64,000 nt of DNA from Solirubrobacteraceae bacterium. Lineage in GTDB: Bacteria; Actinomycetota; Thermoleophilia; Solirubrobacterales; Solirubrobacteraceae. Positions 44,361-53,574 of the stretch are shown piece after piece. The translations under genes were made by a program, and so were the position numbers. The stretch's first letter is position 1. Each line of letters begins with the position of its first letter. The notes beneath the pieces are model-generated. The model had not been told where the DNA came from. It saw only the letters and a list, made by a program, of their open reading frames with translations, and did no database searches. The stretch spans positions 3,232 through 67,231 of the forward strand of contig DASUHF010000035.1 in the NCBI GenBank assembly GCA_036273655.1, given 5' to 3'.

Positions 44361-44594
44361 GTGGCGGTCGCGTCAAATATAGGCTTGCCGTTCGCCGTGC
44401 CCCTCATCGTCGCAACGCTTGAGTCCGACACCCGCGCGACCGTCCTCGTGCTGGCGCTGGGCTTCGCGATCGGCATCGCGGGCCATCTCACCCGCTCGCG
44501 CGCGCTCGTCGTCATCGGGATCCTGATGATCGCGATCGTCAGCGCGTACTTCACGTTCGCGCTGCGGCCGGGCAGTTCCGGCTCGTTCTTTTAG
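44361..44594 (+). CDS. small hypothetical membrane protein (2 TM)
   Basis: 77-aa ORF with good GC3 bias from about 44385 onward, so the TTG at 44385 is a more likely start. Hydrophobic VLVLALGFAIGIAG and LVVIGILMIAIVSAYF. Confidence 0.5.
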   Translation: MAVASNIGLPFAVPLIVATLESDTRATVLVLALGFAIGIAGHLTRSRALVVIGILMIAIVSAYFTFALRPGSSGSFF

Positions 44595-44611
44595 AGCGTG
44601 GCGGCGCGCCG

Positions 44612-45313
44612 TCAGTCGCCCAGGTCCAGCCAGCCCGTCGCCTGCTCCTCCCAGAGCGTGCGGTCGGGGCGGGGAGCGACGCGGTCGGACCGTGGTGTGC
44701 GCCCGTGCCGCGGCACGCGGTCGGGACGTGCCGGCCGGGCGGCGCGATCGACGCGGCCGGGCGGCGGCGGCCGGTCCGGGTCTGACGGGCGCGACCGACG
44801 TGGCGAGCGCGACGGGCGCGTTCTGCGCGCCGAGCCAACCGCGTCCGGCGCCGGCACGCGGATCAGCCGCACGCCGGCGACGGCCAGCAGCGCGCCGCAG
44901 CCGAGCGCGAGAAACAGGCCCCAGCGGACCGACACCACCGTCGCGTCGAGCGCGTGCCTGGTCGTTCCCGGAGCGGTCGCCAGTTGTATCAGCACGACCA
45001 CGAACGCAAGCGCGCCGAGCGACGCGACGAGCGCGCCGAGCCACCGCCGCCGGCTGCCGCCCTCGTCGGCGGCGGAGAGCGGAATCGCCGCCATCAACAC
45101 CAGCGCGACGACGGCGACGACGAGCATGAGCCCCTCGGTGAACGAGAATGCGTCCCACCCCGAGCGGGTGAGCGTCATCGTCTTCAGGCCGGTGAGGCCG
45201 CGAGCGACGACCGAGTCGCGGTACCAGGGGGCGAACAGGCTGATCAGCAGCCCTGCTGCGGCCGCCGCGGCGAGCGCCCGCCGGCCATGCATCTGACGCG
45301 AGGGCCGAGGCAC
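44612..45313 (-). CDS. hypothetical membrane protein (4 TM) with an Arg/Pro-rich disordered tail
   Basis: 233 aa. TM segments are followed by the RPSRSPRRSRPSDPDRPPPPGR... tail. Alternative start at 45292. Confidence 0.55.
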   Translation of the reverse strand: MPRPSRQMHGRRALAAAAAAGLLISLFAPWYRDSVVARGLTGLKTMTLTRSGWDAFSFTEGLMLVVAVVALVLMAAIPLSAADEGGSRRRWLGALVASLGALAFVVVLIQLATAPGTTRHALDATVVSVRWGLFLALGCGALLAVAGVRLIRVPAPDAVGSARRTRPSRSPRRSRPSDPDRPPPPGRVDRAARPARPDRVPRHGRTPRSDRVAPRPDRTLWEEQATGWLDLGD

Positions 45314-45350
45314 GGCGGCCGATTGTATGAGGCCTGCCGGTCGCCGGCGC

Positions 45351-45815
45351 CTACAAAATCGGGATGTCGTGTACGTCCGACGCCGGCGCCGTCGGCCGCT
45401 CGGCGCGCTCCAGATACCAGTCGATCAGTGCCCGCAGGGCGATCAACAGCTCGCGCACGGCGTCGGCAAGTCGTCGACGCAGCTCCGGCGGGATCCGGTC
45501 GCGGACGCCGGCGAGCAGCGCCATCAGCAGCTCGAGCTCGTCGGGGTCGAGCCACCGATCGCGGCGACGGTGCTCGCCGGCGGGACGCTCCCAGCCCGCC
45601 GCCGGCGGCCGCTCGGGGTCGAGTTCGGGGTCGCCGGAATCGTCGTCGTGCGCGACCTCTGGCTCGGGCTCGGCGGCCGGCTCGCGCGCGCCCACCGCGG
45701 CCTCGAGCACCGACTCCGACAGCAGCCGCTCGGCGCGCTGGGCGGCGGCGTCCAGACGTTCGGTCAGCCGACGCAGCCGCTCGCGGTCGTCGCCTGCGGC
45801 GCCGAGCTCAGCCAT
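45351..45815 (-). CDS. hypothetical acidic/coiled-coil protein coupled to the ArsA-like gene
   Basis: 154 aa from the ATG at 45815, which overlaps the upstream stop by 8 nt (ATGGCTGA). No family recognised. Confidence 0.5.
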   Translation of the reverse strand: MAELGAAGDDRERLRRLTERLDAAAQRAERLLSESVLEAAVGAREPAAEPEPEVAHDDDSGDPELDPERPPAAGWERPAGEHRRRDRWLDPDELELLMALLAGVRDRIPPELRRRLADAVRELLIALRALIDWYLERAERPTAPASDVHDIPIL

Positions 45816-46974
45816 CGAAGCGGATCTCCAGCGAGCCGTCCGTAAACGTCGCGGCGCCGGGGCGCATCGTCGCCATCGCCGGCGGCAGCATGATCGTGCG
45901 CCGCTGGCCGTCGACGGAGACGACCAGCTCGAGCCCGATCTGCTTGAGCGCGATGTCTCCCTTGTCGACGAACGGCAGCGCCAACCGCAGTCGCGCGCCA
46001 TCGTCATCGACGTCGAGCGTCTGCGCGGGCCCCTCGAACAGCACCGCGGACGCGTCTTGGTTGCCGAACAGCGCATCGGCGAGGCGGTCGAGCATGCCCG
46101 GCCCGACCACCTCCTGTTCGAAGTACGGCGCGCGCAGGACCGGCACCGGCGCAAACGCCGACTCGACCAGCTCCAGGTTCTCCTGCTGGACGCGCCGCCA
46201 GGCCGCGAAGTAGTCGCCGACGGCCTCTGAGAACATGCGGTTGACGATCACCGCATCGGTCAGGTACCCGTACAGGTTCAGGTACGTGAACGTGCGCATC
46301 GCCTCGCCGATCACCATCCGGTCGGGGTTCATCACCAGCCGGATCGTGCAGCGGCTGCGGTCGCGCAGGATCTCGTTCATCTCGATCAGGTTCTGCGAGA
46401 GCCGCTCGATGTCGGCGAACACGGCCTGGTCGGGCAGCGAGATGTCCAGCAGCGAGCGAGCGATCGGCCGCGCCGCGGCGAGCAGTTGGCGCTCGAGCGG
46501 GAACACCTTGTCGATCCACCAGCGCGCGACGTCGGGGAACGACAGCAGCCGCAGCGTCTCACCGGTCGGAGCGCAGTCGACGACGATCACGTCCCACTTG
46601 CCGGAGTCGTGGTGGGCCTGCAGGCGCAGCAGCGCGAACAGCTCGTCCATGCCCGGTGGCACGGTCAGCTCCTCGGCCGAGATCCGGTCGACGCCGCGCT
46701 CCACGAGCAGCTCCGACAGCCACCGTTGCACGCCCGACCAGTGGCCATGCATCTCCTCCTGCGCGCGTACCTCCTGGGCCCACAGCCGCGTCGACACGCG
46801 CGTCGGCTCGCCTCCGCAGTCGGCCGACAGCGACTCCGACAGGCTGTGCGCGGGGTCGGTGGAGACGATTAGCGTCCGGTGGCCGGCGGCCGCGCACGCC
46901 CGCGCCGTGCAGGCCGCAACCGAGGTCTTGCCGACGCCGCCCTTGCCGGTGTAGAGGATCGTCCTCGGGGCCAT
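45808..46974 (-). CDS. ArsA/Get3-family ATPase with a C-terminal HSP20-like domain
   Basis: YTGKGGVGKTSVAA (P-loop), LIVSTDPAHSLSESL and DVIVVDCAPTGETLRLL. The C-terminus ARLRLALPFVDKGDIALKQIGLELVVSV is CS/HSP20-like. Confidence 0.85.
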   Translation of the reverse strand: MAPRTILYTGKGGVGKTSVAACTARACAAAGHRTLIVSTDPAHSLSESLSADCGGEPTRVSTRLWAQEVRAQEEMHGHWSGVQRWLSELLVERGVDRISAEELTVPPGMDELFALLRLQAHHDSGKWDVIVVDCAPTGETLRLLSFPDVARWWIDKVFPLERQLLAAARPIARSLLDISLPDQAVFADIERLSQNLIEMNEILRDRSRCTIRLVMNPDRMVIGEAMRTFTYLNLYGYLTDAVIVNRMFSEAVGDYFAAWRRVQQENLELVESAFAPVPVLRAPYFEQEVVGPGMLDRLADALFGNQDASAVLFEGPAQTLDVDDDGARLRLALPFVDKGDIALKQIGLELVVSVDGQRRTIMLPPAMATMRPGAATFTDGSLEIRFDG

Positions 46975-47011
46975 GGCGGTCCGAGTCTACGGGCGCCGCG
47001 ACCCCGCGCCG

Positions 47012-48496
47012 CTACCCGGAGACCGTGAGCGTCCCGGTGATCCGGTTGAAGTTGCCGGCGAGGTCGGTGGCGGCCAGCCGCACCCCGTAGGTCCCGACCC
47101 TGAGCTTCGGCACGCTGAAGCGGTGTACGCCATAGCCGAAGCTCGCGCTCGTCGAGAAGACGGTGCTCGTACCGCTGGTGATGACGATGCCGACGTGGGA
47201 GACCTTCGAGAGCCGGAATCGCAGCGCGAACCAGGTGTGCGGTTTGGCGCGCCGAGTCAGGTCGGCAAGTGTCGGTGGCGTGGTCTCGTCGGCGACGAAC
47301 GCCCGCGCGGTCGTGCAGTAGACCGGCGTGTTCGTCAGCGTGCACAGCTCCTGCAAGAAGCCGGTGACGAGCTCGTGGTAAGACAAATCGTCCTCGACGC
47401 CCGGCTGATACAGCGACCAGGCGCCGGTGTCGAAGCGCGGCACCTCGGCGATCGCCTCGGCATTTCCCTCGTCGAACAATGTTTGCGCGGTCGCGTTGCC
47501 ACTCACCTGCGCGTAGTCGTGCAGCCCGATCAGCGTCTGCAGGAACGCGTTGATGATCGACAGCTTCGGCGCGAACGTGTACTGGAGGAAGCGGACGCCG
47601 CGCTTGGTGGGGACCGCGACGCCGGTCGGCGGGCGCCGCTTGAAGATCTGGAGCGCGTGCGCGCCGGTGACCAGGTAGGCGCGGTTCCCGGTCGCCTCGT
47701 AGGCGCGCGTCAGCGCCTCGAGCCCGGTCGCCTGCGACATCGCGCTCGTCCACGGCGGCTTGCCGCCGTCGAACTCAAACAGGTACTCCCAGGTGAGGCC
47801 GCGGCCGCGCCGGGACGCGAGCGCGATCATCTCCGACAGCAGTTGCTCCATTGCGGAGTAGTACGACGGTCCGGCCGTATAGAGGCCGTCGGCCTTGCCG
47901 AACGTGCCGAGCACCTGCAGCTGGATGCCCTGCCTCGGGTAGTACTGCCAGACGAGCTGCGAGCCGGCGAATTCGATCCGCTGATCGGGGGCGGGCAGCG
48001 ATCCCTTCGTCCACCACCTGCGATTGGCGTCGAGCGTCGCAACCACTTCGGCCAGTCGCGGCGGCGACAGCGCGCCGCCGGCGGCGAGGTTGTGGACGGT
48101 CTCGGTCACGGCTGCAAGCTCGGACTTCCTCGTTCCGTACAGGCGCCGCTCCGCCCGCAGCGCGGCGTTGAAGGCGCGAAGCGTCTGCCGGTACTGCCCG
48201 GAGCTGATGCGGCGATGGCTACGCAGGCGCGACAGCACCGACTTGACCGTGACCGGTTTGCGCTTGTGCTTATGGCTGGGGGGCAGCGTGCGGCCACGAC
48301 GCGCGCTCACGGCGACACGCGGTCCGAGGGAGGGGGCGGGCGTCGTCGCGGCCGGGCTCAGAAAGCGGTCGTCGCGCTCGTGCACGCGCCCGTGGGGGCC
48401 GAGCACGAGTACCGGAGCCGCGGTCGCCGTGCCGGGGAACGCGACGACGCAGAGCAGGACGACCAGGCACCTGCGCACCGAGGCGACGGTAACCAC
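47012..48496 (-). CDS. secreted D-glucuronyl C5-epimerase-family protein with a C-terminal Ig-like domain
   Basis: Signal peptide. PPWTSAMSQATGLEALTRAYEATGNRAYL, IINAFLQTLIGLHDYA and TGAWSLYQPG...LSYHELVTGFL match the C5-epim_C pattern. Confidence 0.75.
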   Translation of the reverse strand: MVTVASVRRCLVVLLCVVAFPGTATAAPVLVLGPHGRVHERDDRFLSPAATTPAPSLGPRVAVSARRGRTLPPSHKHKRKPVTVKSVLSRLRSHRRISSGQYRQTLRAFNAALRAERRLYGTRKSELAAVTETVHNLAAGGALSPPRLAEVVATLDANRRWWTKGSLPAPDQRIEFAGSQLVWQYYPRQGIQLQVLGTFGKADGLYTAGPSYYSAMEQLLSEMIALASRRGRGLTWEYLFEFDGGKPPWTSAMSQATGLEALTRAYEATGNRAYLVTGAHALQIFKRRPPTGVAVPTKRGVRFLQYTFAPKLSIINAFLQTLIGLHDYAQVSGNATAQTLFDEGNAEAIAEVPRFDTGAWSLYQPGVEDDLSYHELVTGFLQELCTLTNTPVYCTTARAFVADETTPPTLADLTRRAKPHTWFALRFRLSKVSHVGIVITSGTSTVFSTSASFGYGVHRFSVPKLRVGTYGVRLAATDLAGNFNRITGTLTVSG

Positions 48497-48508
48497 CTCG
48501 CGGATCCG

Positions 48509-50911
48509 TCAGCCGCTGTGTTCGACGTCGTAGTCGTGCTCCTGATCAGCTGCGCCGAGGAGCTTGGAAACGTCCACGACCGGCGCCGAGACGGGCAGCG
48601 TCAGCGGCGCGCGGTCCGGGTCGGTCGGGTGGCCGGGCGTGTCGCGCGACGCTCGGCGACGGTCGGGGAAGCCGAGGTACAGGACCCGCTCCCAGTCGGG
48701 CATCGCGACACCGTCGGGTTGCTCGCGCGGACGGGGCGCGCTGCGGGCGGGCATCGGCGCCGGGTGGCGCGGCTTGTACAGCCACGAGACGACATTGACC
48801 CAGATGTCGACGAGCGAGTTGCGCAAGCCGATGAATGCGACGATCGCGTACGCCGCCAGCACGGCGTTGATCGCCGCGAACACCGCGTTCGCCCACAGGC
48901 CGTGGTCATAGGCGCGCTTGAACGTGTACGCCGAGAACGCGACGAGTAGGTATGGGAGGACCACGTACACGAACGCTGGGACCGTCCGGTCGCGCACCTT
49001 CGGGGTGCGTTTGAATTTGCCCTTGGCGCCGGTCAGCGCCTGCACGATCGAGCTGAGGCTGCCCGCGAGGTTGACCGGCAGCAGCAGCAGGTTGAACCCG
49101 TAGATGCTGAGGGCATCGAGCCTGCGGTAACCGCAGTAGCGCAGGTCGACGGCCATCGCCAGGAAGTACGGGACGGCGACGGCGTACGTCAGCGGCGACA
49201 CCAGGTGGCCGTTGAACGGGATCACCATCAGGCACAGGACGAACAGCGAGCTCCAGAAGATCGAGGCCATGTAGTTGAGCCGGAGCAGCATCTCTCCGAT
49301 CGTCGTGCGCTCGCCCCGGGTGCGGCGCAGGCGAACCGCTCGCGCCAGCTTCGGAACGATCAACAAGCCGCCGTTGGCCCACCGCTCGCGCTGGATGCAG
49401 AGGGAGCCGAAATCAGGCGGCGTCGCGCTATACGCCAGCCGCTCCGGGTAATTGTGCAATGTCCAGCCGTGCGCCGCGAGGTCGATCGTGGATTCGGTGT
49501 CCTCGATCACGGTCCGGTCGGAGATGTAGCGGTAGATCTTGAACTCGCCCTGATACTCGACCTCCTCGATGTCCTCCAGCGCGCGCTTGCGCAGCACCGC
49601 GTTGGCTCCGACCCAAAACGTGGCGTCGTGGTAGGTCATCCCCTGATGGATGATGTGCTGCAGGTCGGTGGTCGCCCCCGCGATCAGCTCCAGCCGCGTC
49701 GCCGGCCCGGGGAACGCGCTATAGGGCGCCTGGGCGACCGCGACGCGACCATGTTCCTCGCGCTCGAGCAGATGCACCAGGCGCAGGCAGTACTCGGGCA
49801 TGATGACGCTGTCGGCGTCGATCGTCAGCACGTATTCGCAGTCGGGCACGACGAGGTCCGGCTCGGCGTCGCCGGCGTCGAGCAGGTGCAGGCCCGCGGG
49901 CGTCTGGCGTTCGACGTAGCTTGAGCCCATCAGTCCGATGTAGCTGTTGAGGTTCATCGCCTTGTTGGGCTCGGCCGACAACGACGCATACCGCTTGCGC
50001 TGGAAGCTTGAGACCTCCGCCTGGAACGTCCAGACGAGCCGGTGATACAGCTGCTCCAGGCGCTCGATCGTGAGCTTGGTGGGATCGTCCGCAGCGGCGG
50101 ACCGCAGCACGCGCCCGGTCAGCATCAGGTCGGACGCGAGCCTGCCCAGCACGTGTGTGGCGAAGAAGCGCTCGTTGTGATCGGTGGCCTGATACTGGTC
50201 TGCCAGGGACTGCATCCAGGTGCCGGCGTACTCGTACTCGAGCGCGAGCGCGACGACCTGCTCGACGGTCGGTTCGCCGTTGCGGTCAACGGTGTCCTCG
50301 AACCGCGCCAATCCCTGCTCCACGCGCTGTCGCGGCTCCGACAGCAGCCGCTCGACCTCCGCGGGCAGCGCCTGCGCGCTGTCGAGTAGCCGCCGTGGCT
50401 CGGCGTAGCGGGGATTGGGCGGGTCGTCGATCAGCAGCACGATCTGGAGGTCCGGGTACTCCTGCAGAGCGACCGACAGCAGCGTCATCAGGATCACTCT
50501 GGGCTCCTCCTGGTAGGAGGGCACCAGCACCGTCATCGTCGGACGCCGCTCGGAGAAGAATGCATCGATCACCGCTCGCGGGGCGCGGCGGTGCTGGCGT
50601 GCGCGGTAGTAGAACCCGAGCCGCCCGAACAGGTAGCCGACCGCCGACGCGGCCAGCAGACTGACCGCGACGAGGAAGCCGACCGTTTGCAGCAGGCTCG
50701 AGTGGCCGGGTCCGTCGTGCAGTAGTTGGCCGTTGACGACCGTGATCACCAATGCCAGCCAGGCGGCCACGGTGACCGCGACCGCGCCGCGGCCGAACAA
50801 CATCGACCGGTCGCCCGCCACGCGCGGCACGACCGGCATCGGGTCTTGATGGGCGCTGACGCCCCACTGGCGCCGGGGCCGCGGGGAATCGATTCGACGT
50901 CGGCCGAGCAT
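48509..50911 (-). CDS. processive family-2 glycosyltransferase, cellulose-synthase (BcsA)-like, no PilZ domain
   Basis: VLVPSYQEE, LLIDDP, NKAMNLN (KAGNLN-like), TIDADS, EDTEST and QRERWANG, flanked by TM helices. KFKRTPK is near the C-terminal TM bundle. The ATG at 50911 lies 2 nt after the upstream stop. Confidence 0.85.
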   Translation of the reverse strand: MLGRRRIDSPRPRRQWGVSAHQDPMPVVPRVAGDRSMLFGRGAVAVTVAAWLALVITVVNGQLLHDGPGHSSLLQTVGFLVAVSLLAASAVGYLFGRLGFYYRARQHRRAPRAVIDAFFSERRPTMTVLVPSYQEEPRVILMTLLSVALQEYPDLQIVLLIDDPPNPRYAEPRRLLDSAQALPAEVERLLSEPRQRVEQGLARFEDTVDRNGEPTVEQVVALALEYEYAGTWMQSLADQYQATDHNERFFATHVLGRLASDLMLTGRVLRSAAADDPTKLTIERLEQLYHRLVWTFQAEVSSFQRKRYASLSAEPNKAMNLNSYIGLMGSSYVERQTPAGLHLLDAGDAEPDLVVPDCEYVLTIDADSVIMPEYCLRLVHLLEREEHGRVAVAQAPYSAFPGPATRLELIAGATTDLQHIIHQGMTYHDATFWVGANAVLRKRALEDIEEVEYQGEFKIYRYISDRTVIEDTESTIDLAAHGWTLHNYPERLAYSATPPDFGSLCIQRERWANGGLLIVPKLARAVRLRRTRGERTTIGEMLLRLNYMASIFWSSLFVLCLMVIPFNGHLVSPLTYAVAVPYFLAMAVDLRYCGYRRLDALSIYGFNLLLLPVNLAGSLSSIVQALTGAKGKFKRTPKVRDRTVPAFVYVVLPYLLVAFSAYTFKRAYDHGLWANAVFAAINAVLAAYAIVAFIGLRNSLVDIWVNVVSWLYKPRHPAPMPARSAPRPREQPDGVAMPDWERVLYLGFPDRRRASRDTPGHPTDPDRAPLTLPVSAPVVDVSKLLGAADQEHDYDVEHSG

Positions 50912-50913
50912 GA

Positions 50914-52524
50914 TCACGAAGCTCCGCTCGTGGTGTTGCTCGCCGGCTCGCCGGCGTACTTGAACAGCGGTTGCCACGGCGCGCTCGGGTCGGGCGGGAG
51001 CTGATCCAGCGGCTGCTGGCCGCTGCTGTACCAGCGGGCGCGGTACGGCAGGCCCTGGAACCGAACGCGGTCGCCGACACGGTAGACGGCGGTCGGCGAC
51101 CACCTCGGGTAGCGGGCGGTTGCGAGCCGGACGATTGCCGGTGCATGACTGCCGCGTGGTACCGGCCCGATCGGCTGCCAGGGACCGGTCGGTGCGTCGC
51201 CGGCCGCCGAACCCGGAGCGGTCCCCTGGTTGTACCAGCCCGCCTGGTAGATCTGCCCCTGCCACACGACCTTGTAGCCGGCTACGTAGGGCGCGGTTGC
51301 GCTCCAGATCGGATAGGGGCTCGTCGCCGGGTTGTCGGACGTCGTCGGTGGCGCCGACGAGGTGGGAGCAGACGCGGACGCGTGCGCGGTCTTGGTGCCG
51401 CGCAGGCCGCTGAAGATGTGCGTGAATTCGAGTTTGCGCTGGGTCACGCCGCTGCACGTGTTCGACACGACGCCGGTACGCGCGAACGCGCCACCGCATT
51501 CCGAGTCGCGGTTCAGCGACCACACCGACACGCGGGCGATTCGGCGCTGGGCCACGAACCTCGACAGCGCTCGAGCGTCGGGGATCGTGAACCGCTGTCC
51601 TGGGACGTCGTTGACGCCGAGCATCACGGTCGCGCCGACGCGACTCCATGCCGCCGCGGCGCTCAGGCTGAGACCGGATGTCCGCCACAGCGACTGCACC
51701 TGGTCACGGGTCGCCGTCAGCGCGCGCTCGACGGTCCCGAGCATGTCGTGCGTCGCGCCCTCGCCCGGTCCAAAGTCCATCGCCATCGCGTTGACACCGG
51801 CGAGCTTCACGTGGGCCCGCAGCATCGCCCGCACCGCGGCGGTGCCCTGTGAGGTCAGTCCGGTCTTGGAAACGGGCAGCGTCACCCAGACCCGGAGCGG
51901 CGTATGCGCGGCCGCGAGCCGACGCTGGATCGTGGCGACCGCCGCCGCCCGCCTCGTATCGGCGGCGGTGTTGGCGAGCGTCGCGCCCTCGAGGTCGAAG
52001 TCGACGGCGGTCGCGTGGTAGCGGCGAATCGGCGCCATGTACGCGCTGACCAGTTGGCTGCGGCTGGTGCATCCGACCGCCAGCTCGCTGTTTGCCTGGC
52101 CCCCGAACGAGACCATGACCGCGCCTCCCTGGGCCCGCAGCTCGGCGGTGCGCGCATCGAGGTCGAGTGCCTGCTCGGCCTGCGCCAGCGTGTAGTAGGT
52201 GCCCCAGGTCGGTGTGCAGGGCTGCGACCGCGCGCTGACGATGAACGCCAGGTACACGCTCGACACCGGGTTGGCCGATGGCAGCTGGAACGGGTAGGTG
52301 GGCGTCTGGGTGACGTCGACGTACGGGGCGTACACGGGAGAGACCGACGTGGCGCCCGCGGCGCTGTTGTGGGCGAACAGGCGCCAGATCCCGAATGCGG
52401 CCCCTGCGAGCACGAGCAACAGCAACAGCACCCGGATCGGTGAGAGCTCGGGCGCCGGTGGCCCGAGCGGCGGCTCAGGCGGCCGCTCGGATACGGCGGC
52501 GGATTGTCCCCCGGTGATGGCCAT
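50914..52524 (-). CDS. membrane-anchored GH18 (chitinase class III-like) protein with two C-terminal CBM5/12 modules
   Basis: N-terminal TM helix. YAPYVDVT, SFGGQANSELA and the catalytic AVDFDLEG (DxDxE). Two W/Y-rich modules: YPIWSATAPYVAGYKVVWQGQIYQAGWY and YPRWSPTAVYRVGDRVRFQGLPYRARWY. Confidence 0.85.
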   Translation of the reverse strand: MAITGGQSAAVSERPPEPPLGPPAPELSPIRVLLLLLVLAGAAFGIWRLFAHNSAAGATSVSPVYAPYVDVTQTPTYPFQLPSANPVSSVYLAFIVSARSQPCTPTWGTYYTLAQAEQALDLDARTAELRAQGGAVMVSFGGQANSELAVGCTSRSQLVSAYMAPIRRYHATAVDFDLEGATLANTAADTRRAAAVATIQRRLAAAHTPLRVWVTLPVSKTGLTSQGTAAVRAMLRAHVKLAGVNAMAMDFGPGEGATHDMLGTVERALTATRDQVQSLWRTSGLSLSAAAAWSRVGATVMLGVNDVPGQRFTIPDARALSRFVAQRRIARVSVWSLNRDSECGGAFARTGVVSNTCSGVTQRKLEFTHIFSGLRGTKTAHASASAPTSSAPPTTSDNPATSPYPIWSATAPYVAGYKVVWQGQIYQAGWYNQGTAPGSAAGDAPTGPWQPIGPVPRGSHAPAIVRLATARYPRWSPTAVYRVGDRVRFQGLPYRARWYSSGQQPLDQLPPDPSAPWQPLFKYAGEPASNTTSGAS

Positions 52525-52641
52525 ATACGCGCCGACACGGCGCCACTCCGGGAATCGGCAGATCGGCGCTGGGACTTGAGGGCAGGGCTCGAGTCTTCAG
52601 CGGGCGGTCACCTGCTCGCCGGCGTCAGCGGCTCGCGGGCG

Positions 52642-52953
52642 CTACTCGCGCCCGGGGTCCTGCTCGTCGTCCTCGGCGTCGTCGGGCTCCTCGTTGTCGG
52701 GGTCGCTCTCGGCGGCGCCGGCGTGGAGGTGCACCTGGAAGGCTTCGAGCAGTTCGTCGCGGCGGTTCTCGTCGACCGGGGTGTCGTCGGCGATCAGGAC
52801 CCACTCGGCGCCCTCGTACTGCTCCATGTTGAAGACCTCGGAGTCGAGGTCGGGGGAGTCGTCGACGATCACGACGACCTCCGTCTGCGGGTTGAAGTAC
52901 GTGCCGGGACGGTTGACGAGCTCGTCCAGTTCGAATACGCGAGGATCTGCCAT
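52642..52953 (-). CDS. hypothetical highly acidic small protein
   Basis: 103 aa with good GC3 bias and an Asp/Glu-rich C-terminus. No family recognised. Confidence 0.55.
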   Translation of the reverse strand: MADPRVFELDELVNRPGTYFNPQTEVVVIVDDSPDLDSEVFNMEQYEGAEWVLIADDTPVDENRRDELLEAFQVHLHAGAAESDPDNEEPDDAEDDEQDPGRE

Positions 52954-52973
52954 AGCGCGTGCAGGCTAGACGG

Positions 52974-53447
52974 TCACGCCGCCCCGTGCGTCGGGGGGCT
53001 GGCGAGCCCGCTCAGGTCCACCAGCTCGCGCTCGATCTCGGCCTCGACGTCGAGCGGCTCCAGGCCCTTGCGGGCGCGCCGATGGTTGCGCGCGAGCACC
53101 AGCTGACGGATCTCCTCGCGCAGCTCGTCGTCCGCCTCGGGCACGGTCGTCAGTCGCGCAAGCTCCGCCTCGACGTCGAGCTCAGGCTCGCCCCGGCGCC
53201 GCCGCCGGGCGTTGCGCGCCTCCAGCATCTGGCGAACCTCCTCGTCGCGCTGGCGGAACGCCGCCGGAGCGCGGGGCGCCTCGGAGTCGAGCACCAGCCG
53301 GTCTGAGCCGTACCGCGCCCAGTCGCGCCTGGAGGTCGCGACCGCGATCAGGGCGCCGAGCACGCCGACCGCGCAGACCCCCAGGACCACGAACAGGAAC
53401 GCGCTCTCCACGACCCCATCAGTGTCGCGCATCGGCTGGCCGAGCAC
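52974..53447 (-). CDS. hypothetical membrane-anchored protein with an internal repeat of about 40 aa
   Basis: One TM helix (FLFVVLGVCAVGVLGALIAV). Repeats are EEVRQMLEARNARRRRRGEPELDVEAELARL and EEIRQLVLARNHRRARKGLEPLDVEAEIEREL. Alternative start at 53432. Confidence 0.55.
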   Translation of the reverse strand: MLGQPMRDTDGVVESAFLFVVLGVCAVGVLGALIAVATSRRDWARYGSDRLVLDSEAPRAPAAFRQRDEEVRQMLEARNARRRRRGEPELDVEAELARLTTVPEADDELREEIRQLVLARNHRRARKGLEPLDVEAEIERELVDLSGLASPPTHGAA

Positions 53448-53574
53448 CAGGCGCGGCCGGCGAAGTTCGGCGATCCGCTCCCGCCGTCCGGAAGCGAATC
53501 GGCAAGCTTTTTGGCACGGCTCGCGTCGCCATGGCAGCCGTCCGGGCAGCCGCTATCCTACGCTCCCGAAGCAT

